Assembly (NCBI RefSeq): GCF_006345805.1
Contig: NW_021833635.1
Coordinates: forward strand, 1-64,000
Source: Octopus sinensis
Taxonomy: Eukaryota
Length of the DNA stretch: 64,000 bases
Direction: 5' to 3'
The notes under the pieces are model-generated. The model was not told the DNA's origin. It saw only the letters and a list, made by a program, of their open reading frames with translations, and did no database searches. Position 1 is the first letter of the stretch, and every line of letters begins with the position of its first letter. The translations under genes were made by a program, and so were the position numbers. Positions 35,249 through 49,506 of the stretch are shown here, one piece after another.

Positions 35249-35607
35249 CACACTCACAAGTCCACATAATTTTCAGCTCGTCAACACATACAAACTCACT
35301 CCATTCTTCCACCCACCTCATTCACATATGCACACTTACACACACCATTCTCACATACACCTTAATTCGTCTACCTTTCATTCAACCTCTTTCTTCCCGC
35401 AATTTCATCATGTCGAACCATTAATCTCTACGCATCTTTTTTCTCCGTTTTTTTTTAACCTCTCAATCGTTTCTGTCGAAGAAGGTGGGGGTGGGGGCGA
35501 AACGTAAAAGATACTTCCATTCTTCAAGAGTGTTAAATTAACACACCTGCCTGCTGTTCTTACACCTGCCTTCGTCTTTTGTTTCTGTATATATATATAT
35601 ATATATA

Positions 35608-36092
35608 TAAGTTCAGCAAAATTTAGATTCAAATGAATATGGTACTTAAGTCAGATGCACCAGAATTGTGTACGGTGTTATCCATATAAATCCATGGGGT
35701 GATTATAATCAAAGCAAGCAACAAGAATATCTTCGGTAATTTGGTACGATCGTTTCACGCTAAATCATTTTATTAAACATTGTAAGTATTACATCAGTTA
35801 TAAAATGTTGAGCAATCATCAGCCATTCATAGAGGTTTTCCATCAATACATATACTTATTTCCATGTTAATCGATAACATTATAAAGAGGGTTCATATAC
35901 AGACAGAAATGTTGATTTGAATGTTAGGAACTTTAAGGTGTTGGAATTTATCTTCTGACAAAAGAATTTTCTTTAAGTTATTTTGATCTGCTAGAGAGTG
36001 GGGAGGAATACTTACAATTTTTAATAAAATGATGTAGCGTGAAACGATCGTACCAAACTACCAAAGATATTCTTGTTGCTTACTTTGATTAT
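35608..36092. mobile_element. MITE-like element with about 87-bp IRs inside (TA)n
   Basis: 35702-35788 is the reverse complement of 36008-36092; left end AGTTCAGCAAAATTT resembles the 32817 element end. Confidence 0.65.
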
Positions 36093-36100
36093 ATATATAT

Positions 36101-36711
36101 ATACGATATAGTGCATATTTATACACATAAGGAATCCACTTAGCGTGAGATTCAACACATTAGAGAGAACAGCTAGGTTCTGTAAACCACAAAAATAACG
36201 GATAAAATTCGACAGGAATAAATTTGGAAATGAAAAACATTTACCATCTAGTACCCCGGACCAAATTGGTTTCTGGTCTTCTTTTAGCAAGTCGGGGGAA
36301 CTCGCTAGGTCTGATCTTCTTCGGCGTGATCCAACCTAGGGTTAAACATATACAACAGAAGACAAGCACCGCTACTTGTCTCGTGTTTATACGAAGTAAC
36401 TTTTCAAATTTTTCTGCGCAATCGCAGTCCTATCGTTGGCTACAATAAAAACCGCCAACTTTAACCGAAAATCATCTAAAAACTTATAATCATATCAAAG
36501 GGAAATGGAATTTAATTAAATTTAAAATATTCAATCAAAATTTAAATTTACAGTGGTCTAACGTGCAAAAAAATTAAGTCAAGAAGACTATATATTAGTC
36601 ATACGATATAGTGCATATTTATACACATAAGGAATCCACTTAGCGTGAGATTCAACACATTAGAGAGAACAGCTGGGTTCTATAAACCACAAAAATAACG
36701 GATAAAATTCG
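36101..36711. repeat. 111-bp direct repeat with 500-bp period
   Basis: 36101-36211 vs 36601-36711, 2 mismatches by eye. Confidence 0.9.
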
Positions 36712-36985
36712 TGAGGTTGTGAGTTCGAATTCCGGACCGGGCTGCGTGTTGTGTTCTTGAGCAAGACACTTTATTTCACGTTGCTCCAGTTCAGTCAGCT
36801 GTAGAAATGAGTTGCGACATCACAGGTCCTTTCCCTTGGATAACACTGGTGGCGTGGAGAGGGGGAGGCCGGTATGCATGGGCGATTGCTGGTCTTCCAT
36901 AAACAACCTTGCCCGGACTTGTGCCAGGGAGAGTAACTTTCTAGGTGCAATCCCATGGTCAGTCATGACCGAAGGGGGTCTCAGC
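36712..36985 (+). mobile_element. SINE family E (Meta-like core, different tail), 5'-truncated
   Basis: GAGTTCGAATTCC B box, GTTGTGTTCTTGAGCAAGACAC core, CCTTTCCCTTGGATAACA...GCAATCCCATGGTC tail; second fragment at 41455-41648 (-). Confidence 0.75.
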
Positions 36986-37022
36986 ACATACATATATACA
37001 TACATAAATGCATACATACATA

Positions 37023-37365
37023 CTGCCCAGCGGATGTTAACATAAAGCTGAAAATTAGTGAAAAAGAGAACACCTATACTGAACTATCGAGAAATCTTCA
37101 GTTACTCTATCCAGATTACAAGTTCAGTTTTATACCTGTAATTATTGGGGCCCTGGGATATGTAACACACTGCCTAAATATCAATCTTGAGAAATTAGGC
37201 TTCTCAAAAGCAGAACGGAGAAAACTAATTCGAAGACTATAGATCCAATCCATCACTGGAACTGTAAAAATCTGTAAAACTTTCCAGAGGTTTATCGTTT
37301 AAATATATATGAGCATGTCTAGATATGCAACTATATGCATAAAGCAAAACATGCAAATATGCACG
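37023..37365 (+). mobile_element. RLE-type LINE 3' end (R4-like or related clade) inside (CATA)n
   Basis: CPADVNIKLKISEKENTY..L.RNLQLLYPDYKFSFIPVIIGALG...SITGTVKICKTF; (CATA)n on both sides. Confidence 0.75.
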
Positions 37366-37533
37366 TACATACATACATACATACATACATGCATGCATGC
37401 ATGCATGCATACATACATACATACATACATACATGCATGCATACATACATGCATGCATGCATGCATGCATACATACATACATACATACATGCATGCATGC
37501 ATGCATACATACATACATGCATACATACATACA

Positions 37534-37567
<34 letters not shown>

Positions 37568-37737
37568 CATGCATACATACATACATACATACATGCATGC
37601 ATGCATACATACATACATGCATACATACATACATACATGCATACATACATGCATGCATACATGCATACATACATACATACATACATACATACATACATAC
37701 ATACATGCATGCATGCATACATACATACATATATACA

Positions 37738-37771
<34 letters not shown>

Positions 37772-40140
37772 CATACATACATACATATATACATGCATAC
37801 ATACATACATACATGCATGCATGCATACATACATACATACATATATACATACATACATACATACATACATACATGCATGCATGCATACATACATACATAC
37901 ATACATACATAGATACATACATACATACATACACACATACATACATACATACATACATATATACATGCATACATACATACATACATACATACATACATGC
38001 ATGCATGCATACATACATACATACATACATACATACATGCATGTATACATACATACATACATACATGCATACATACATACATACATACATACATACATAC
38101 ATACATACATACATGCATGCATACATACATGCATGCATGCATGCATGCATACATACATACATACATGCATGCATACATACATACATACATACATACATAC
38201 ATGCATGCATACATACATACATACATAGATACATACATACATACATACACACATACATACATACATACATACATATATACATGCATACATACATACATAC
38301 ATACATACATGCATGCATGCATACATACATACATACATACATACATCATGATGTATACATACCTACATGCATCTACATACTACATACATACATACATACA
38401 TACATACATACATGCATGCATACATACATGCACATGCATGCATCAGTGCATACATACATACATACATGCATGCATACATACATACATACATACATACATG
38501 CATGCATACATACATACATACATACATACATACATACTACATACATACATGCATGCATACTACCTACCTACATACATACATACATACATACATACATGCA
38601 TGTATACAATACATATACATACATGCATACATACATACATACACACATACATACATACATACATGCATGCATACATACATGCATGCATGCATGCATACAT
38701 ACATACATACATGCATGCATACATACATACATACATACCTACATACATAGATGCATGCATACATACATACATACATACATACATACATACATACATACAT
38801 ACATGCATGCATACATACATAATACATACATGCATACATACATACATACATACATACATACATGCATGCATGCATACATACATACATGCATACATACATA
38901 CATACATACATGCATGCATGCATACATGCATACATACATACATACATACATACATACATACATGCATGCATGCATGCATACATACATACATACATACATA
39001 CATACATACATACATGCATGCATACATACATACATGCATACATGCATGCATATATACATACATACATGCATGCATACATGCATACATACATACATACATA
39101 CATACATGCATACATACATACATACATACATACATACATGCATGCATACATACATAAATACATGCATGCATACATACATGCATGCATACATACATGCATG
39201 CATACATACATACATACATGCATGCATACATACATACATGCATACATGCATGCATACATACATACATGCATGCATACATGCATACATACATACATACATG
39301 CATGCATGCATACATACATACATACATGCATACATACATACATACATGCATGCATGCATACATACATACATGCATACATACATGCATACATGCATGCATA
39401 CATACATACATGCATGCATACATGCATACATACATACATACATACATACATGCATGCATGCATACATACATACATGCATACATACATACATACATGCATG
39501 CATACATACATACATGCATACATGCATGCATACATACATACATACATACATACATGCATACATACATACATACATACATACATGCATGCATGCATACATA
39601 CATACATACATACATACATACATACATACATACATGCATACATACATGCATACATACATACATGCATGCATACATACATACATACATACATGCATGTATA
39701 CATACATACATGCATACAAACATACATACATACATACATACATACATACATACATGAATGCATGCATGCATACATACATACATACATACATGTATGCATA
39801 CATACATACATGCATGCATACATACATACATACATGCATGTATACATACATACATGCATACATACATACATACATACATACATGCATGCATACATCCATC
39901 CATACATCCATCCATCCATCCATCCATCCATACATACATGCATACATGCATAAATACATACATGCATACATACATACATACATACATGCATACATGCATG
40001 CATACATGCATGCATACATACATACATGCATACATACATACATGCATGCATACATACATACATGCATGCATACATACATACATACATACATACATGCATG
40101 CATACATACATACATACGTACATACATACATACATACATA
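37365..40140. repeat. About 2.8-kb (CATA/CATG)n tetranucleotide satellite
   Basis: Directly visible; phase shift and degenerate patch near 38345-38400. Confidence 0.98.
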
Positions 40141-40265
40141 AAAAGTAAAATACCCTGTTGTTGATGTTGAAATTCCAACAAAGGAGCCTTGGATCTAGGT
40201 TAGAAACCGGCTCTTTCTCTACTGGCAAGAAATCCTGAACTAAAACTGAACAATAACATACATAC

Positions 40266-40438
40266 CGCAGGAGTGGCTGTGTGGTAAGTAGCTTGCTAAC
40301 CAACCACATGGTTCCGGGTTCAGTCCCACTGCGTGGCATCTTGGGCAAGTGTCTTCTGCTATAGCCCCGGGCCGACCAATGCCTTGTGAGTGGATTTGGG
40401 AGACGGAAACTGAAAGAAGCCTGTCGTATATATATGTA

Positions 40439-40469
<31 letters not shown>

Positions 40470-40538
40470 GGTGGTGCTATTAAGTTAGACATGGCCTGGG
40501 CCAATATGGCGAACCTATCAAAGTATCAAAGTATCAAA

Positions 40539-40591
<53 letters not shown>

Positions 40592-40838
40592 GTATATATA
40601 TATATATAATATATATATATATATATGTGTGTGTAGGTGTTTTTCCCCCTAGCATTGCTTGGCAACCGATGCTGGTGTGTTTACGTCACCGTCACTTAGC
40701 GGTTCGGCAATAGATATCGATAGAATAAGTACTGGGCTTACAAAAGAATAAGTACCGGGGTTGATTTGCTCCACTAAAGGCGGTGCTCCAGCATGGCCGC
40801 AGTCAAATGACTGAAACAAGTAAAAGAGTAAAAGAGTA
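40266..40838 (+). mobile_element. SINE family B with expanded internal microsatellite
   Basis: 5' half 40266-40440, 3' half 40640-40838. Confidence 0.85.
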
Positions 40839-41649
40839 TACCTACACACATAAGTTTATGTATATATCTATGTGTGTGTGTGTGTCTTTTCATTTGTACT
40901 TGTTCCCCCCATCACCGCTAGAAAGCTGATGGTTTGTTTACCTCCTCGTACCCCAGCAACTTGGCAAGAGACACTGATAGAATAAGCACCAGACTTTTAA
41001 AAAAATATATACCGGGAGCGATTTGTTCGACTAAATCATTTTTCTTTTTATCTTTGGACCCCTTTGATTACTACTGTTTTCTGGTGGACGCCCATAGCCA
41101 TTCAATGTCTAAAAACAGTTTTATAGAGAATTCTTTCAAAGTTCCTGTTTTGTTTTTCACACATTAACTTGTGTAAGAAACCTAGCTGTTTCTTACACTG
41201 CGTAACCAATAAATACATCGACGCAACACGTTTTCAGGGGTCTTTAAAATGCTCTTGTGGTTCCCCAATTTGCTATTTTGTTGTATGGACTCTCAAAATT
41301 CTTATATATGAACCTTCAGGGGCAATATGGATTCCGGTTGAGAACTACTGGACTAAACCATTCAACGCTGTTGCTCCATCATGACCGCAGTCTAATGATT
41401 AAAACCAATGAAACATAAACGTTAAGAGAAAGATATTGTTGTTGTTGTTTTGATCCTCTTCGGTCACGAATGACCATGGGATTGCACCTAGAAAGTTACC
41501 CTCCGAGGCACATGTCTGGGCAAGGTTGTTTATGAAAGACCAGCAGTCGCCCATGCACACCAGCCTCCCCTCTCCTCGCCACCGATGTTATCCAAGGGAA
41601 AGGCAAAGTCAGATACAGCTTGGCACCAGTGACGTCGCAGCTCATTTAT

Positions 41650-41938
41650 TAACGTGCAAGTGGCTGAGCACTCCACAGACACGTGTACCCTTAATGTAAT
41701 TCTCGGGGAGATTCAGCGTGACACAGAATGTGACAAGGCTGGCCCTTTGAAATACAGAAACAGGAAGAAAGAGTGAGAGAAAGTCGTGGCGAAAGAGTAC
41801 AGCAGGGTTCACTACCACCCGCTGTCGGAGCATCGTGGAGCTTTAGGTGTTTTTGCTCAATATACACTCACAATGCCCGGTCTGGGAATCGAAACCGCGA
41901 TCCTGCGACCGCGAGTCCGCTGACAAAACCACTGAGCA
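41650..41938 (-). mobile_element. SINE family C fragment
   Basis: Reverse complement of head and body. Confidence 0.8.
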
Positions 41939-41949
41939 AGAGAAAGATA

Positions 41950-42661
41950 TACTCTTTACTCTTTTACTCTTTTACTTGTTTCAGTCATTTGACTGTGGCC
42001 ATGCTGGAGCACCGCCTTTAGTCGAGCAAATCGACCACAGGACTTATTCTTTGTAAGCCTAGTATTTATTCTATCGGTCCCTTTTGCCGAACTGCTAAGT
42101 TACGGGGACATAAACACACCAGCATCGGTTGTCAAGCGATGTTGGGAGGGGATACAAACACAGACACACAAACACACCCGACATTGCGAGGATGATCCGG
42201 TTCTTGACTGAAGATTAAAGGCTTCGAATGACCCGTCTGTGTTTTTTGTATCGTCTTCTGGATGTTTTGCGTTCTTGTCCCATTTTGTATATATATATAT
42301 ATATATTATATATAACGGGAAGGTTTGCGAAAATAAACAAAATACGAAGGCAGGTGGAGTACAAACAAACAAATGTATTAGTATGGCGCTCAGGAATAGA
42401 AATAGAACAAGTCTTTTATGTTTCGAGCCTACCCTCTTCGACAAAGATACACAGAAAAAAACAAGGAGAGAAACAAGATTTATATATACATATATACGAC
42501 GGGCGTCTTTCAGTTTCCGTCTACCAAATCCACTCACAAGGCTTTGGTTGGCCTGAGGCTATAGTAGAAGACACTTGCCCAAGGTGCCACGCAGTGGGAC
42601 TGAACCCGGAACCATGTGGTTCGTAAGCAAGCTACTTACCGCACAGCCACTCCTACGCCTA
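41950..42661 (-). mobile_element. SINE family B interrupted by nested (TA)-flanked elements
   Basis: 3' half 41950-42180, 5' half 42490-42661. Confidence 0.85.
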
Positions 42662-43531
42662 GATAGTTTAATTCAAATGAAGCGAAACTAAACAACCACA
42701 GTCATCCATCCGCTATATATATTATAAAGTCATACACAATAAAATTTACTCCGTTACCAGTAAATGTAATAAATGTTCCTGATTAAATGTTTTGCTGGTC
42801 TGTATCACATAACAACTCTAACATTTATGAATACCATGGGCGTCGCCAGGATTTCGACTGGAAAAAAAGGGGATTCCTAATTATTGAAATAAGCCGAGCA
42901 CCGGCCGTTTAATTTGCGAGGAACGGAAAATTAAAATAAAGGTTAGATAATAATTATATTTGCATGAGGCTACGGGAGGGCGTTTGCCCCAACCTTTCGA
43001 ACCCCACGCCCGTATGTGTGTGTATGTGTGTGTATGTGTGTGTACGTGTGTGAGTGTGCATGTGTCTTGCATATACATATACACATGTATACATATACGC
43101 AATCATACTCTCATATACATATATATATATATATATATATATGTGTGTAGATATGTATGTATTCTTATTGCCTTCTTAACATACATACATACATACATAC
43201 ATTTATACATACATATATATATAGAAACGCACACACACATGCACACTCGCGCATACATATACACACATTCAATATACATGTGTGTGTATGTGTTCATTGC
43301 TTTCTTAACATAAATACATACATACATATATACATACATGCATACATATATGCATATAAATATATGTACACATGTATTTATATGTACGTGTATATACAGA
43401 CATACGTACACACAGACTCTTTCTTTTCCTTCTCACACATACACACATACACATGCACACGCATATATATATATAATATATATAATACATACATACATAC
43501 ATACATACATACTACATACTACATAATATAT

Positions 43532-43565
<34 letters not shown>

Positions 43566-43615
43566 CAACATACATCATACATACTACATATATATAATAT
43601 ATATATATATATTAT

Positions 43616-43664
<49 letters not shown>

Positions 43665-44149
43665 ATATATATATACACATATATATAATGTCAAAGGAGT
43701 GTAGCGATGTATAATTATCGCGCTTTGTAAGAAGCTGTAATATCATCTTGAATTCAAAGCAATGTTATTCTATTTGGTTAAGTCCGTCGCAACCTGTACC
43801 AAAGAGCTTACAATTTCCACAAATTTCCACATTTAACTACTTCCATGTTTTCGTCCGTAGGAGTGTAATATTTTTCCTCCCCCGTCAGGCATAGCATGGA
43901 GCCAAGGAACATTTTATTTGACTGCTAGACAGGTCAGTTCTATTATTATTGTTGTTGTTCCTGCTGCTCCTGCTGCTACTGCTGCTGGTGGATATGCACG
44001 CCGACACGATAATATTTTTATATTTATTTACGTGCAAACTCTATCAGCACGTTATGACTCACTTCCAAACTTCCTTGCAAATGGGGTCGGAGATATTTTA
44101 AAAGATGGATGCCAGCACGAGCGGCGAATGGAAATACTACGGCGTTCGA

Positions 44150-44870
44150 TCCCTCTCCCTCTCTCTCTCTCTGTTTTTCACTTTCTTTCACTTTCTCCTT
44201 CTCTCTCTCTCTCTCTCTCTCTTTCTCCTTCTCTCTCTCTCTCCTTCTCCTTCTCTCTCTCTCTTCTTATCCTCCCTCCTCTCTGTTTTTCACTTTCTTT
44301 CACTTTCTCTTTCTCCCTCTCTCTCTCTCTCTCTCTCTCTTTTATCCTCCTTCCTCTCTGTTTTTCACTTTCTTTCACTTTCTCCTTCTCTCTCTCCTTC
44401 TCTCTCTCTCTCTTTCTTCTTATCCTCCCTCCTCTCTGTTTTTCACTTTCTTTCACTTCCTCTCTCTCTCTTCTCCTCTCTCTCCTCTCTTTTTATCCTC
44501 CTCCTCCTATGTTTTTCACTTTCTTTCACTTTCTCCTTCTCTCTACTCTCTCTCTCTCTTCTTATCCTCCCTCCTCTCTGTTTTTCACTTTCTTTCACTT
44601 TCTCCTCTCTCTCTCCCTCTCTCCTTCTCCTCTCTCTCTCTCTCTCTCTCTCTTCTTATCCTCCCTCCTCTATGTTTTTCACTTTCTTTCACTTTCTCCT
44701 TCTCTCTCTCTCTCTCCTTCTCCTTCTCTCTCTCTCTCTCTCTTCTTTATCCTCCCTCTCTATGTTTTCACTTCTTCACTTCTCCTTCTCTTCTCTTCTC
44801 TTCTCTTTATCTCTCTCTTATCTCTCTCTATTCTTCCCTCCTCTCTGTTTTTCACTTTCTTTCACTTTCT

Positions 44871-44905
<35 letters not shown>

Positions 44906-44945
44906 CCTCCCTCCTCTCTGCCCCCTCTCTCTCTCTCTCTTTCCT
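44150..44945. repeat. Polypyrimidine minisatellite (about 60-80 bp units with (CT)n)
   Basis: Recurrent CTTATCCTCCCTCCTCTCTGTTTTTCACTTTCTTTCACTTTCTCC plus (CT)n. Confidence 0.92.
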
Positions 44946-45164
44946 GCTCGCTTTGCGACTACTTCTGCTTCTCTCTTTACTTCTAACACACTTGTCTTCC
45001 ATATTGGTTCCCCCTGTTGAATAATTACCTCGTCCTTGTCAAGCTCAATAATAATTAGTTTTCTTAATGGTTAATTTTGATCTTGGTAGTCACAAAGCGT
45101 TACAAAGCATTTCGGTTCTCTTTTTCTTTGTCTCTCTCTCTCTCTCCCTCTTTCTCTTTCTCTA

Positions 45165-45206
<42 letters not shown>

Positions 45207-45207
45207 G

Positions 45208-45243
<36 letters not shown>

Positions 45244-45813
45244 ATCTCTATCTCTTTCCTTCTCCTCTTTCTCCCCCCCACTGCGCGCTCTCCAAATTGA
45301 CCGACACTTGCTCAGCATTAACCACAAGCCACCACCAGCTTTCACCGCCAACCACCGACTACTATAAAAACAATCATTACAATAACACCATCTGTACAAC
45401 AACAACATCAACAATAACAACAACAACAACAACAACACTTTTCAATCGCCATTCTACTAACGCACACACGCACACACAGACACACGCACACATATAAACA
45501 TACACGTACACTAGCGCTCACTCATGCCTCGACTTACGTTTCAAATTTTAAGACATTTTGGAGGACTCCGAATGGTTCGTTTAAAATACTCGACATTCCT
45601 TTCTGATGCCATAAAACTTAAAAGAGCATTTATTGTCTTCGTTTCTCTTCTTCTGTCCGTCCGTCCGTTTGTCTGTCTGTTCGTCCGTCTGCCTGCCTGC
45701 CTGTCTGTCTGTCTCTCTCTCTTTGCGTCTATTTGTTGTTGTAAGTCTTGTTTCTTATACATACATATATACACACATACGTACGTACACACGTACATAT
45801 GTACATACATACG

Positions 45814-45855
<42 letters not shown>

Positions 45856-45950
45856 TATATATACATACATATATGTGATACGCACATGCATACATTCTTA
45901 CATGCATACATATTACATTCATACACAATGCATATATACACATACATACC

Positions 45951-45983
<33 letters not shown>

Positions 45984-46012
45984 ATAGATATATATACATT
46001 ACATATACAATC

Positions 46013-46046
<34 letters not shown>

Positions 46047-46068
46047 CATACATTTATATAATGTATAT

Positions 46069-46102
<34 letters not shown>

Positions 46103-46716
46103 ATATACATATATTATATATCCCTTCCGTTTCCTTCATCGATTATATATATATAGTATATATATATATATATATACACACTATATACACTATATATACA
46201 CATATATATACACTATATGCATACGTACATGCATACGTACATGCATATATTCTTACATATATACTTACGTTCATACGTACGTACCTACTCACGAATACAT
46301 GCATATACATATATACATACATACATACATACATACATACATACGTGCACTTATAAATATATAGCACAAAGCTGATTAATTTACTTTATACTGATTAGTC
46401 CCTAACCAGGAGAAGCAATTATAAAAGCTAGTTTGTTAACAGTTTTTGTAATTAACAGCTGAAATTCAAATGATTTCTTTTGAAATTGGTCGCGAAGGAG
46501 TGGTCAACACAACACAAATGAAGAACTCTATCGAACAGCAATCCAATCAATTCGAAGATTTTTCCAACTTGTAAAATCAATAAGGAATGGAACGTAAAAG
46601 ACGAAAAGTTATCTGAAATATAAAAGAATTCCTGGCTTTGATATTAAGAGAAGCTTTGTTGAACAACGGTTTTGATCTCCAGTACCGATAGAGTAATGCG
46701 CATGCCTGCCCATAGA

Positions 46717-46826
<110 letters not shown>

Positions 46827-46897
46827 TATATAAATATAATATGCGCTTTTTGTAGTTTAGTTTCATATCAGGCGTGTTTATTTATATATATATTTTT

Positions 46898-47058
46898 AGT
46901 AGGAGTGGCTGTGTGGTAAGTAGCTTGCTAACCAGCCACATGGTTCCGGGTTCAGTCCTACTGCGTGGCATCTTGGGCAAGTGTCTTCTGCAATAGCCAC
47001 GGGCCGACCAATGCCTTGTGAGTGGATTTCGTAAACAGAAACTGAAAGAAGCCCGCCG

Positions 47059-47107
<49 letters not shown>

Positions 47108-47264
47108 GGAGTGGCTGTGTGGTAAGTAGCTTGCTAACCAACCACATGGTTCCGGGTTCAGTCCTACTGCGTGGCATCTTGGGCAAGTGTCTTCTGCAAT
47201 TGCCACGGGCCGACCAATGCCTGTGAGTGGATTTCGTAAACAGAAACTGAAAGAAGCCCCCGCC

Positions 47265-47332
<68 letters not shown>

Positions 47333-47348
47333 ACATATATATATATAC

Positions 47349-47394
<46 letters not shown>

Positions 47395-47810
47395 ATATAT
47401 AGAGGAGTGGCTGTGTGGTAAGTAGCTTGCTAACCAACCACATGGTTCTGGGTTCAGTCCCACTGCGTGGCATCTTGGGCGAGTGTTTTCTGCTATAGCC
47501 TCGGGCCGACAATGCCTTGTGGGTGGATTTGGTAGACGGAAACTGAAAGAAGCCTGTCGTATATATGTATATATAAACATATGTATGTGTGTGTTTGTGT
47601 GTCTGTGTTTGTCCCCCTAGCCTCGCTTGACAACCGATGCTGGTGTGTTTACGTCCCCGTTACTTAGCGGTTCGGCAAAAGAGACTGATTGAATAAGTAC
47701 TGGGCTTGCAAAGAATAAGTCCCGGGGTCGATTAGCTCGACTAAAGGTGGTGCTCCAGCATGGCCGCAGTCAAATGACTGAAACAAGTAAAAGAGAGAGA
47801 GAGTAAAGAG
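46898..47810 (+). mobile_element. Three tandem SINE B 5' halves with one 3' half
   Basis: Heads at about 46898, 47107 and 47403, separated by (TA)n. Confidence 0.88.
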
Positions 47811-47969
47811 TATAGTGTGTCTTGGATTTCATTATTTTTTTTTGTTACAGCGTCTTATATTTTTTAAGTCAGTAGAACGTGGTTTAATAGAATTGTGGGT
47901 GCTATTTCTAGCAGGTCAAAGGGACACGACGATACTGTTTCTTGGTTCATGATATGAATATAATTCATA

Positions 47970-48217
47970 CAGGCGCAGGTGTGGCTGTGTGGGAAAATGT
48001 TTGTTTGCCAACAACGTGGTTCTGGGTTCACTCCCACTGCGTAGCACCTTTGGCAAGTGCCTTCTGCAATAGCCACGGGCCGACCAAAGTCTTGTGAGTG
48101 GATTTCGTAAACAGAAACTGAAAGAAGCCCGTCGTGTATATATATATGTATATATATACATGCATCCACAGACATATATAATATATATATATATATATTT
48201 ATCATTGTTTGAACTCG

Positions 48218-48289
<72 letters not shown>

Positions 48290-48532
48290 TATAATTATAT
48301 ATACACAAACACATACACACCTACGTGTTGTTCTGTGTATCTGTATTTCTCCTCCGCCACCACTCGACAACCGGTATTGGAGTATTTATGTCACCGTGAC
48401 TTAGCGGTTCGCCAAAATACCCAATTGTGTAAGAACAAGGCAGAAGAAAATAAGCCCTGGGGTCGATTAGTTCGATTTAAGGGCGATGCTCCAGCATGGT
48501 CGCAGTCTAATGACTAAAACAAGATAAAAGAG
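47970..48532 (+). mobile_element. SINE family B (diverged)
   Basis: Halves at 47970-48140 and 48320-48532. Confidence 0.8.
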
Positions 48533-48621
48533 ACATACATACAAACACACACACATACATAATGCATACATACATACATACATACCATACATAATACATA
48601 CATACATACATACATACACGC

Positions 48622-48795
48622 ACAACTGGCACTACGTCGGTTACGAAGAGGAGTGTTGGTCTGATAAACGGAAATAACTCCTAGTTAAATTAACAAGCCG
48701 AGTACTCCGCAGACACATGTACCCCTAAGTTGTTCCTAGGGAGATTCAGCGTGACACTGAATGTGGCAAGTCTGGCCCTTTCAAATACAGGTACA
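48622..48795 (-). mobile_element. SINE family C 3' fragment
   Basis: Reverse complement of the CCGACGGAGTGC tail and GTCACGCTGAAT body. Confidence 0.65.
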
Positions 48796-48809
48796 GTTTA
48801 ATATATAAA

Positions 48810-48973
48810 TCCGGGATAGTAAGTCGTATTCCGTAGAAAATAGGAAAATTGAACAAGGAGTCGAACTCCCGGGGTGTTAAACCATTTATATAAAGAGTTT
48901 AACAAAATCCTGAGAGTTCGTCTCCTTGTTCAATTTTCCTATTTTCCTACAAAATACGACTTACTATCTCGGA
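48810..48973. mobile_element. Short palindromic MITE-like element
   Basis: TCCGGGATAGTAAGTCGTATT...AATACGACTTACTATCTCGGA; arms about 65 bp. Confidence 0.65.
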
Positions 48974-49057
48974 CTTAAATCCTGAGACATTTAAGCAACA
49001 TTTATCTACCTTGTAATTTATTCCCCTGCTTCTTCCTTTAAGTTGTAAACTATGGCT

Positions 49058-49197
49058 GCTTACCAACCACATGGTTCCGGGTTCAGTCCCACTGCGTGGT
49101 ACCTTGGGCACGTTTCTTCTACTATAGCCTCGGGCCGACCAAAGACTTGTGAGAGGATTTGGTAGGCAGAAACGAAAAAAAAAAGCCAGTCGTATAT

Positions 49198-49235
<38 letters not shown>

Positions 49236-49448
49236 GTGTGTGTGTGTGTGTGTGTTTGTCTCCCAAAATCGCTTGACAATCGATGCTGGTGTGTTTACGT
49301 CCCCTTTACTTGCGGTTCGGCAAAAGAGAACGTTATAATAAGTACTAAGCCTTACAAAGAATAAGTCCTGGATCGATTTGCTCGACTAAAGGCGGTTGCT
49401 CCAGCATGGCCGCAGTCAATGACTGAAACAGTAAAAGAGTAAAAGAGT
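49058..49448 (+). mobile_element. SINE family B (5'-truncated)
   Basis: Match to consensus. Confidence 0.85.
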
Positions 49449-49473
49449 ATATATTATATATATATATAATATA

Positions 49474-49506
<33 letters not shown>

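Noticed and set aside
37237-40348. Long ORFs up to 951 aa (HTYI/MYVC repeats)
   Set aside because: Translations of a stop-free tetranucleotide satellite; not coding.
43918-45024. Ser/Leu/Phe-rich ORFs of 293-368 aa
   Set aside because: Produced by the (CT)n minisatellite.
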